DNA of 52,641 nt, from positions 124,001 to 176,641 of the forward strand of contig KZ537994.1 of NCBI GenBank assembly GCA_000934665.2. The letters are read 5' to 3'. Below, one piece after another: positions 23,521-33,800 of the stretch. The translations under genes and the position numbers were made by a program. The notes under the pieces were generated by a model. That model was not told the origin of the DNA. It made no database searches and saw nothing but the letters and a program-made list of their open reading frames with translations. Numbering within the stretch: the first letter of the stretch is position 1; each line of letters opens with the position of its first letter. Origin of the DNA: Catajapyx aquilonaris. Lineage: Eukaryota.

Positions 23521-24513
23521 TAGTAGGCTAGACAAAATAATAACAGATGGGGGTGGGGAAAGGGGGTAGCCTTCTTGAGAAACTGGTGTACACTTTCATG
23601 CAGAAACCATCTTAAAGCCACCTAAAACTGGCCAGAAATGACTGGAACCAACAAAAACCGTTGGACTCCAATGTGGTTTCAGGAGAGATCACCTGAAACT
23701 GATATTGTTTCAGCTGAATCTGCGAGAAATCAGTGGCATTAGGAAACCAGTGTGCACCTTCCCTTCCATGCAATTGACAACCCCTTGATTAGGGACGAAG
23801 CCCCAGCATTTCATCATGCCAGAAATACGTGTTTGGTCTGGTGTGGCTAGGTAATCACTTGGTCGGCTATCAAAATACATTGCACTGTATGTCACTTACG
23901 TTAGTATGTTTTTCAACTGGGAAGTGATCAATCTTGTGTAACTTATTAAGAGGTATGTGCAGGCAGGTTTGGAAAAATTAAGTCCATATTTGTGTGATCC
24001 AGACCCTGCAATCAGATAAAAGTGAAACAGACTCACCTTTAGTTAGATAGCCTGATCTGAAATGCCATATGCTTTTGCAGGTGAAATGTATGGTATTGAG
24101 TGCATTGCTAAACTCAGCGCTGTCAGAACTGCTGACCTCTCCAATTGGTTACCGGTACTTATTGTTATTTTATTGTTACTTTGTTTATTTCGCTGCGGCA
24201 GCTTGGTTTATTTCACTGCGGCAGCCGCTGAGTTGAGCAACGTATAGAGTGTATTGTACTGTGCATGAAAATGCAGTTTCATTAATTATGGCTGACATCC
24301 AGGAGTGCCGAACATTTAGAAAAAGGTATTGTGAACAGTGATAATCATCCACTTACCCCTCTTCTATCTATTTTATTCCACTTTCCACTTTCTTGTTATT
24401 CCACTTTCCCTAGAGTGTGGACCGACTCATCCCCACCCACCCTGGTCTTCACATTCCCAACATCCCCAAATGGTCAAGGAGGAGGAAACAAAAGCAATAT
24501 AGGAAAATATATC

Positions 24514-24756
24514 TCGCTCATGCATCAGAAAAGTGACACATCTCTAAATGACCACACTTCGTATATAAACTGCATTGTGCCACTGTGAGAAGATCAAATT
24601 TGGCCGTTTCTGTCATAGCAAACTACATCAGTGTGCTATGACACATCACTACGCACTATGACAGAAACAGCCACATTTGATCTTCTCACAGTGGCACAAT
24701 GCAGTTTATATACGAAGTGGTCATTTAGAGATGTCACTTTTCTGGTGCATGAGCGA
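24514..24756. mobile_element. Hairpin MITE (about 100-bp arms)
   Basis: TCGCTCATGCATCAGAAAAGTGACA…CTGTCATAG versus CTATGACAG…TGTCACTTTTCTGGTGCATGAGCGA. Confidence 0.8.
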
Positions 24757-24982
24757 TCTGTCCTTCATGAAGCAAAAATCAATAAGAAATACCTTATTGT
24801 AATAATCAATTAGCAGGTAGGTCTTATGTCTAAAAACAAAATATATTTCTGTAGTCCTACAACAACCATGACATGACACTTTTACTACATTTTCGGGCGA
24901 CACGGTGGCTGAGTGGTTAGCGCCGCAGCCTTCCACCTCTAAGGTCCCGAGATTGATCCCCGGGTCGGACGGAGGATACTTA

Positions 24983-25919
24983 GAGTGAAACTTCTATAAG
25001 TCGAAGTTCTCTATAAGTCGAAGAAAGTGAGGAGCTCGGTTGGTCCCAATGTAAAATAATAGGAAATAAACTTCCCTAACTCGAAGTTCTCCATATCTCG
25101 AAGTCCAGGCAGGGCCTTATGATGGGATATCAATGCAATTTCAGTCTCCCTAAGTCAAAGTTCATATTGGAGAGTACGGAACATTTTCTCATTTCTCAGA
25201 CGAAGGGTAGAGAGTAGGCCACATATACAGAAAGGCTCAATTTCCTGATCTCAGTCTACCAGAAGGGGAGGCGGAGTGGTGCTGCGGTAACGTACGCGCC
25301 CACGGATGTTAAGGTCCCGGGTTCGATCCCAACCCGGGCACACCCCCTTCATCTCGTGCAGAGTTCATTGGGTCACCTCTGGCTTCGTCTCGGGTGGTAT
25401 TTCCTACAGACTAAACCACCCGGGGGAGTTCACTAAAAATGGCCACATGAAGACATTGCACTGCACCTTGCACATCCCCTCCTGTCATCCTGCCCGTGGG
25501 CCCGGGCGCTACGTAAAAAGGCTCAAATGTACTTGATGTAATAAATAAAGGTCCGTGCTGCATACCTCAGATGAGGTCAAGCACTACCCCGGATTATTAT
25601 TATTATTATCTCAGTCTACCAGACGTACCTAAAGAAGCGTTTGACTTGATTGTGACAATTGAATCCTTGAATCTAAGAGTAGGCAAATGTTCATAATGGA
25701 GATTTTTTTACAACAAAACAACAAGGAACATTGTAAGTGATAGTTATTTTTAAGTTATGAACACCTTTCGTCACTGGATATGAAGGTAGGCTTCCTTATA
25801 GAGGTATGTGCTTTAAAAACTCAAAACTTCTCTAACTCGAATCTTCTATAACTCAAATCTTCTATACCTCGAAGTTTTTTTCTTGTCCCATGGAGATTCG
25901 ACTTATAGAAGTCTTACTG
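24983..25919. mobile_element. Non-autonomous Tc1/pogo-type DNA transposon
   Basis: TA|GAGTGAAACTTCTATAAGTCGAA … TTCGACTTATAGAAGTCTTACTG|TA, with repeated subterminal TTCTCTATAAGTCGAA-like motifs. Confidence 0.8.
25264..25607 (+). mobile_element. tRNA-derived SINE family A
   Basis: B box GGTTCGATCCC, (TTA)n tail and a perfect 16-bp TSD ATCTCAGTCTACCAGA at 25248-25263 and 25608-25623. Confidence 0.92.
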
Positions 25920-26199
25920 TATATGGATAGAGTTTCAATGGATTCTCTCTGTGTTCGCATGAGTTTTCTCGGGGTTCTCCCATTTCCTCCCACAATCAAA
26001 ATCCATCACAGTGGAGGCAATGATTAAAGTTGGTATTTAAAAGATGATCCCCTAAGAGGCCCAAGGAAGCCTATCACAGGGTATCCATTATTATTATTAC
26101 TACTACTACCAGCTCTTGCTACTACTACTACTACTACTACTACATTTTCATGGACTGGACTTAGAAGTTGGAATTAGGATTACACCTGCTGACTGAAGA

Positions 26200-26590
26200 A
26201 GAAATACCACCTGAAGTGTTTGGAAACACCTTCAAAAATAATGCCATGCTGCCTTGCCCACTTGGCAAGGGAAGGATTGTCTTTATCTTCTTCACTAGAC
26301 TCCTAGATCAATGATGTTTGCAGATCAGCATGATGGAAAGCTCTGGCAAACATGGTTCACGTCACTCTTTCCCTTGCTTTCTTTAGCATCGGGACAGCAT
26401 CCAACACATTCATGCTAATCTTGACCTTTTATTGATTCTCTTGATGAGCTGGAGTGCCAATAGCATTTTGAAGTGTCCAGGTAATTGAAAGCAACGTATT
26501 TCCCCACCAAAGGGCCAAGAAGTAGTTGGCTGGATCCGATATAAAAATCCAGGCCTTATGGAAGTGTGCCCTGACCATCCTTTCGAGTTG
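26200..26590 (-). pseudogene. Decayed pogo/Tigger (CENP-B-like DDE) transposase fragment
   Basis: Frameshifted translation PTTSWPFGGEIRCF…HFKMLL…ISMNVLDAVPMLKKARERVT*TMFARAFHHA resembles the C-terminal part of pogo DDE domains (QPLDQGII…NVLDAI..L..AW..V…I..CF). It contains stops. Confidence 0.5.
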
Positions 26591-27339
26591 ACTGTACAGG
26601 GTGCTGAAATTCAAAGCACCTTTGCTTTGGGGGATGGGACAAGGGTTCTAGGCGATAATATTAAGCATAAGTATCATGGGTCTCCAAAGCACAGTTACCA
26701 AGCAAATTAGCATCAAATAAAAAGTGCATTATACCAGCTTGTATGTTTTGGATGCACCCTATTCCATTGCCTGCTACACCTATCCCCCAAAGCAAAGGTG
26801 TGTTAAATTTCTGCACCCTGTATACAAGGTATACTTTTTGTATAAAAGGGGTGTGCAATGAGATACGGATTTTAGCCTGGTATGCTTGATAATAATATTA
26901 TACTCAAAAGGACTTTTGCCAATACAAATAGCAATTTCAATTAATATAGGATCCTTCAATAGGCTACTACTTGTAAAATTTATTATGAAATTTTGCGACA
27001 TTACAATGTAGGTCTATACATAGTCGCAGATTGCAGGAATTAAATGAAGGTTGGAAAATAACTTTTGTTACCATACTGCTGACCACCTCAGGGTCCTCTA
27101 ATTATTTTCTATTTATTATTCAAAGTCTGGAGTTACTGGCATTAAACATTGACCTTCTGCCTAGGGTACACATGGCAATAGAGTTCTTCACTTACATTAG
27201 ATTTGGTATTCAAGCTGCATTGCTTTTAGCTACCGTATCAAGAGTTATGGTGGCGATGAATAGGATTCAATAGGTTCAACCCTTACGCCCAGGGAGGGGC
27301 TTCTCACATTTTCTTTTGTGTGACTATACACGAACAATC

Positions 27340-27490
27340 ACATGTGAATGCATGGCAGATACATGGCTAGTAGAAGGCAGACGCCAAGAATTGATTGAGA
27401 ACCACTTTTCCTTAGCGATAACATTGCCATCCCAGCTAATCACATGATCTGAATCAGCCAAGCTTGGTGCTTGCGCTGCTAGGAATTGCA
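27340..27490 (-). pseudogene. Possible Penelope-like GIY-YIG endonuclease C-terminal remnant
   Basis: Translation DSDHVISWDGNVIAKEKW followed, after a frameshift, by QFLASAFY resembles the H.I.W…VI.KE…R.FLE motif of Penelope endonucleases. Confidence 0.35.
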
Positions 27491-29236
27491 GCCCCTCAAC
27501 AAGTTCTATGCATCACGTGTCCGGGGGAGGGGGATCCCAGTATTCTCTGGAGTAAGAATGGTTTCAACTTCACCAATAATGAGAGGGGGAAGAGTAAGGA
27601 GGGAGAAAGATTGACCTGTCAGCGAGAGAACCTGTGGAGAATATGATTTATCTGATAATGCAAAGTGTTAGTTGAAACTTCTTTCTTGTGGGATTTCAGG
27701 CGATTATTGTATGAGGCCAACTCAATTTCTACCCGCTCTGAGATGACCATGGGTCCAAATTGATTGCATAACCACGTTGAAACCTTTCTTCTGCAGGCAT
27801 TGCCAACAATTGACATAATAATTGAAGTACTTCCGAATGGGGTTACTATAAAGGGGAGGAGGGATGCGATGGGAAGAAGGAAGCAGGAAGGGGAGTTGCA
27901 ATTTTGAATGTCACAGCCTGGGTATATTCTCCACTCGATCCGATCAAGCACCGAATGCCCGAGTATTCGTAGATATTCCTGATCCGAGCCAGGTGCTAAT
28001 GTGCAAGCCAATGTGCATTTGCACGGAATGCAGTTGAGTTAGGAACTGGTCAGGCAAAAACCAGGTGGCACAGATTGTCATCTCCATGTACGTCTCCCTC
28101 TTGCGCTTTTTTTTTTTCCTTCTTTTTTACTAGCACCCTCGTGCTCATTTTTTGCTGCTCTTCTTAGCACCTACTCTGGGGCAGGGGCCATCTGGGGGAT
28201 GCGGCGTAGTAGGCTGCCACAGGCCCTGGCACTACTACTAGCGTAAGATGGGCATGCGTCCGTGGGAAAAGGCCCGTGTTCTTTTCCCTCGTGGGAAAGA
28301 GACAAGCCCCGGTCTGGCCCAACCCGTTTCCACCTGGATGGAGAGTAGGGTGAAGGAGAGGGGGTGAGGAGATACTATGGGAACCCGCAGACTCACAATG
28401 AGGGCTACCCAGCCTCCTCTCGACGGCTACCAGAACTCATTAGCAAGTCATCCAAATTCACAATTTTAGGATTGACCTGTATGACAGGGAGACAATGTCC
28501 TTTTATGGGACATGTAGTGGGGGTGTATATTTTAACACGATCATTGCCAGCAACTAGTGACATCTAATCATAGAATGTATGCAGTGTAACACTGCAGGGA
28601 AATGTCTCAGTACATATGGAACATCGTCATTGCAGTGGAAGTTATCGCAACAGCCATCAGTAAATGGATTTCAACTTATCAATACCAGACTATTCACACA
28701 AATTATTATCGTTCGTCATCTTGCAACATGTCCGTGATTAGCCACACTGCCCTGTACCTCTGCAGTCTTCAACTATATGCGACATCATTTTTATGCCATT
28801 GAATTGGTACTTCACGCATAGAGCAACGAATCTGACAGTCATCGACATCTGCAAAAAGGGGGGAAATACTGTAAAGGCGCATGTTGGGTTTCCATGGCGC
28901 CCTGCCTTGACTTTCCTGTCCCATTCAGACTGCCCCCCCCTCCTGGTTTGGGTTTGAGCAGGATCCATCCTGCTACATGGGTGAAACAAGAAAGTGGAAT
29001 GGCCTCTCCATGAAATTGTATAGGGACTACATAAATTATTAATCCTGCCTGCAGTTGGCAGCTAGGCAGGAGGGTGGGATGGAGTGTAGTCGCAAATCCG
29101 TATGGGACCCATGTCAAGTTGTAATTTTAGCTTCAACTGGAGATTGACAAAAATTATTTCCAACTATGCTGGAAAAAGTGGAAATTAAGCTAATAATATA
29201 TTAAAGATAAAGGCTATTGTGCCATTCTCTGCCAAG

Positions 29237-29445
29237 ACTTCCACCTGAGGTCCTGAGTTTAACCCCTGGGTTGGCCATAGGGATTTCTCATGTGGAAGGC
29301 GTTTCGACCGTTCTCTTCGTGATTGCGAGTTTTCTCGGGGTTTTGTCGTTTCACCCACTCAAAAGCCATGATCAGCCCGCAGTGATTGAGTAAAGGATTA
29401 GACGAGGATCCCCTAAAGGCCACAGACATGTGATGGGGGTAACAA
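29237..29445 (+). mobile_element. Degraded SINE family B copy
   Basis: CTTCCACCT..GGTCCTGAGTTTAACCCC, core GAGTTTTCTCGGGGTT and tail GATCCCCTAAAGGCC…GGGGTA. Confidence 0.6.
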
Positions 29446-29525
29446 ATCGGTTGGTAGTCCCTGGGTGGGAAGTGTTGCAAGCTATTGAATGAGATTCTAG
29501 GTAGATACATTTTAATTATTCCGAC

Positions 29526-30096
29526 CTGGATGACCTTTCCGCGTTGCTGGATTTCAAATGGCGTGTAATTATTTCCGAAGTGACTCTCCGACTCTCCCCA
29601 ATGTCGTGGAAGTGTACGGAAGCGGCGCAGGAAGTGGAAGGGCGTCGATGGAATCTTTTGAAAAGCAGCGGTTGTGACGAGGCGACGTGAATCATATCCA
29701 TTGTCTTGGACTTTGAGGCAAAGCCAGCAGCTGCTCGCCATTTCCTGGACTTCCTCCGCCACCAAGGCAAGGAGTCATCCCGAATAAGCTTCATACCCGC
29801 GAAAGAACATTGTCTTATTGAGATGAAGTCTAATCCTATAATGGAAAATGAGTGTTGTTGTTTATTCAAATGCATTGTGGATGCACGTAAATGAATGGTG
29901 GTGGTAGAGGGTAACATCTCTCCCTCTCTCTTGGCGTGGGCCATCTGCTGCCTGTGCCTCGGTGTGCATCACCTGGAAGGAAGAAGGGCAGAGAGGTGGC
30001 CATGCGAAACCCCCTACCGCCACACGCGCCCCTGAGGAAACAGCCCATCCCCTGGCACACCAATTTTAGACACTCACGATTTTGTTCTTCCACCAT
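29526..30096 (-). CDS. Candidate 5' coding exons (30096-30078 and 29835-29526) of a gene divergent from Myb, possibly the ABCA gene
   Basis: ATG at 30096, donor C|GTGAGT, acceptor TTCCATTATAG|, an open 310-nt exon (…PWWRRKSRKW…RRPSTS…) and donor AG|GTCGGA. Phases match each other and the exon at 16159. I recognise no homology. Confidence 0.4.
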
Positions 30097-30871
30097 ATGT
30101 GGGTGGTATATCAGTAGTCACATCCGATGAATACGGCCAGTTTTTACGATGGACAAGGCAATCTGAATAAACAGATGCGGCGAATCTTCGCGTCATTTTC
30201 AGAGTTGCATTTCGATATTTTAGCTACATCTCACTTTGAATACGTAATTTAGACTACCTTTTGTGTAAATGACATGTATTGTGAGCGTTTCCACATGTTC
30301 GACTTTTCAGAGGTACCGTAGTCAGGTAGTGCATATCCCAGAGAGGGAGAGGATGTGGTTGTCAATACGCCATGTTGGCACGAATAAAAGAGGGTATAAG
30401 TGAAGAGGTCCGGATTCATTGGGAAGAAACGAAGGGACTGGCGTTTTGAAAAGAATCCTGCTTGGCCCAGAATGCAAGAGGGTGGGGGGGGAACCCTCGT
30501 CGAAGGAGAGGGGGGGACATGCAGGGGGGCAGAGGGGGCTGGTGGAAAGAAACACATGCGCTTTTGTTGGCACAGGCCAGGCTAGGTGTGCAGTTTAAGT
30601 TGTGTCTCTTGCCCACCTGGACGTGCTACAAGGCACATCTACCTCTCATTTCTGACCAACTTGCACTTGCAATACACGGCCGGGTTGAATTTGCCATCGC
30701 GAGTTTTCGCGATTTAGTGCTGATTTGTAGAAGCCGTCTCTGGGATTATCTGATAGTGTGATTGTGATCCGAAGTGAATAGTGCGGTGGAAAAGAGTGCT
30801 GGTAGTACACGAAAGTAGCAAGTGTGGTTGTGTGTGTGTGTTCAACCCAAGGGCATCGCGCGTGTACGCGG

Positions 30872-33800
30872 ATGCTCGGCCAGCAGGAAATGTGAGTTTT
30901 ATGTGCATTGGGGCTAGTTGCGCGTTGCGGGAAATTGGGCGCCAAAATTGCGTCATAGGCGGGTTTTCTTGTTACTGATGTAGCATAAGTGCTGCCTCGA
31001 TTTTCATGGGATCTGTGGTTATCTCAATGGATGTACTGTTTAAGTGTTGCATGTGAAAATTAAGCAATTGGTTTGCCCAGTATACGAAATTATGATGATC
31101 ACTTATTGAATGAAGCCCTGAAAATAGTACCGGCTGGCAGCATGGTATCACAGGACACATGCTAAGAAAAAAGTTTGTTGTCTTTTGTTGCTGGAAACAG
31201 AATATGGCAAACTCAAATTCTCCCTACTAATTGGCACAGGGTTGCCCTGTGACCAGGCTTTAGAAGCACTCAGATTTAGAAGGGACTTGGAAGAAATGTA
31301 AACACCTAGATTCCTTCCCCACTACCTTTCCTGAATTAAAATAGTACAGGCTTCTAGTGGAAGTTCCCCTCTTCATACCTCTTCTCAAGTAAACCATAGT
31401 TTTACTTTCCACCATGTTAAACTCGAAATATTGGATGGTTCTCTTATTAGGCTTCAACTAGGGAGAGGGGCCTTTCCATACCAGGTTAGATTAATTTTTT
31501 GCTGTGCATCACGTTATATAATTTAACTGGCATGGTATGGCTACTAACATGTTATGTGAAAGGCATCCTCTTGTTTTCCTCAATGTTTCCTAGTTGTAAA
31601 AATTTGCTTTGGAAACTGTTAAAATTTAGGCTGCTGCAGTATTTCCATGAAACCCCCTCATGGTAAATGTGTGCAATATTTTCTGTTATTCTTTATGCGG
31701 AAAACATACACTCTGGCAATGGTGGCATGGTGTGCATATTTCAGTGGAATATTCAGTGTTGTTTTTGGGCACTGAGGACAGAATTGAAGAGCATCTGATC
31801 CCTAGTGCATGAAACAACGTTTATAGACAATTGAAAGTAACGCAAACCTTGCTATGGTCAGGCATATCGTCAGCAATATCAGCAATGTGAATATGAGGGA
31901 TTTTTGAGAGAGGGGCATAACAGAGGAATCCTGAGACAACTCATACAAACAGGGCGAGAACCTGTTGAAAGTTGAAACTTTCCCATGAAAAAATCCTCCA
32001 TGCAACTTGGGATCAAACTTGAAACCTCAGAGGTGCATTCCTAATTACAACACTAACTCATAATTAATCTGACAAAATGACGAATTCCATATTTTTGCTA
32101 AAATGGGATTATGGTCTCTGCCGGCACCATCAAGTATTGGGTCAGATTCTGACAAAACAGTGAACCCATAGAACAAGTGGTGTCAGAGTGAGAACGGAAA
32201 ATATAAACGCCATCTTATGTATTTTTATGGCAGTTTGCAGGTTCTTTTGGCTCTCTTGTAAAATTAAGAAAATGTTGAATTTGTCCTTTTGTCAGATTAA
32301 CGATGAACTCTAGTCCATGGAAATTGTAGTATGATATTTCCATATTAAGTGATCATTGCATATACTGTATCGTTATGAGATGAGGAACGTTACTTGCTGC
32401 ATTTGTCATGGGAAAGGGAATAAAGCTTCTTGAAGATTGAGACACAGTAATAGAAGAGAGTCACTTGAGCTTTCAATTTTTAATTGAAATGGTTTTTGCA
32501 GTGCACCAGCTGAGAGAAGCAGTGCAAGTGTGGACAGCTGGTCAGACGACTCACTTTATGAGGAGCCAGCACCTCGAGCAGTTCAAAAGAAGACATCAGT
32601 TGGGAAGAGTCGTTGGAGCAAGGAGGAAGATGAACAGCTAAAACACCTTGTGGCTGTTCATGGGGAATTCTGGGATAAAATAGCACCTCACTTCCCTTGC
32701 CGATCAGAACTGCAGTGTCAGCAGCGGTGGCAAAAGGTTGTCAATCCAGAACTTGTCAAAGGGCCCTGGACCAAAGAGGTATGCTGATAATAGTTCCCAA
32801 AGAAGCTGCAGTACCTGTGTACAATTGAAACTTAGATTAGTGGCGATTATTATGGATCCAATATTCACAACTCATATTTATTGGGATTTTAAAATTTAGT
32901 AGCAGCAAGTGAGCGTAAGTTGGATTGGCATTAGGCATAATTTTGTTGGAGCAGGAATTTTGTGTTCTACTAGAGAAAAAGCAGCTGCATATGGATGAAA
33001 CTTCAGTGGAAGAATATATTATTTGGTTTGTGTAGTCATGAGGGATATGAGTGCATGAAATGAATGACAGATAGAAGGTGGAGATATTAATGTACAATTA
33101 CTAGCTATGAATGAGTGTGAAGGGAACATTTTATGGCGTGAAGAAATCGATTTTTGAAAGATTGTCTTGCTGGGCAGTTGATCAAGCTATGGGATAAATG
33201 CATGGACATTGTTCACAGCTGTATTTTGAATATGGTTGGCTCATTTGCTTCATCGTGTGATTGTGGTCATAGTAGTTAAATTAATGTTCATTTTTTTGTA
33301 CTTAAATTTGCCAACTGTCATTGTGATGAATTACAGGAAGATGAGAAGGTGGTGGAACTAGTAAAAAAGTATGGGGCGAAGAAATGGACAGTTATAGCAA
33401 GATGCTTGAAGGGTAGGATTGGCAAGCAGTGCAGGGAACGCTGGCATAACCACCTGAACCCAGCAATCAAGAAGACTGCTTGGACAGATGAGGAGGATCG
33501 AATCATCTTTGAAGCCCATAGGGATTGGGGGAATCAGTGGGCCAAGATTGCCAAGTTGCTTCCAGGAAGGTTTGTAAAAAGTTTTAAATTGTGCAAACAG
33601 TGAGTGGACATCTACATGTACACAGACAGCCAAGTCACTAGCTTGAAGTTATTGATTCGTTTTAAAATCTGTTATTGTGATACCATGCCATGTCCCCTTT
33701 CTTGTTAGAAGCATCATGCAGAGCTGCTCTTCCTCAGCCACTGGCAAGATTTTAAGCACATGATATTTACTTGCAGGACTGACAATGCAATAAAAAACCA

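Larger units (their letters stand above)
24895..26137 (+). mobile_element. tRNA-derived SINE family B with V-domain-like core, interrupted by nested insertions
   Basis: Head at 24895-24982 (GGTGGCTGAGTGGTTAG…GATTGATCCC), body resumes at 25920, (TTA)/(CTA)n tail, 12-bp TSD TACTACATTTTC at 24883-24894 and 26138-26149. Confidence 0.85.

Noticed and set aside
27300..28450. Hammerhead ribozyme associated with the Penelope-like remnant
   Set aside because: I could not find a CUGANGA…GAAA core with supporting stems by eye.
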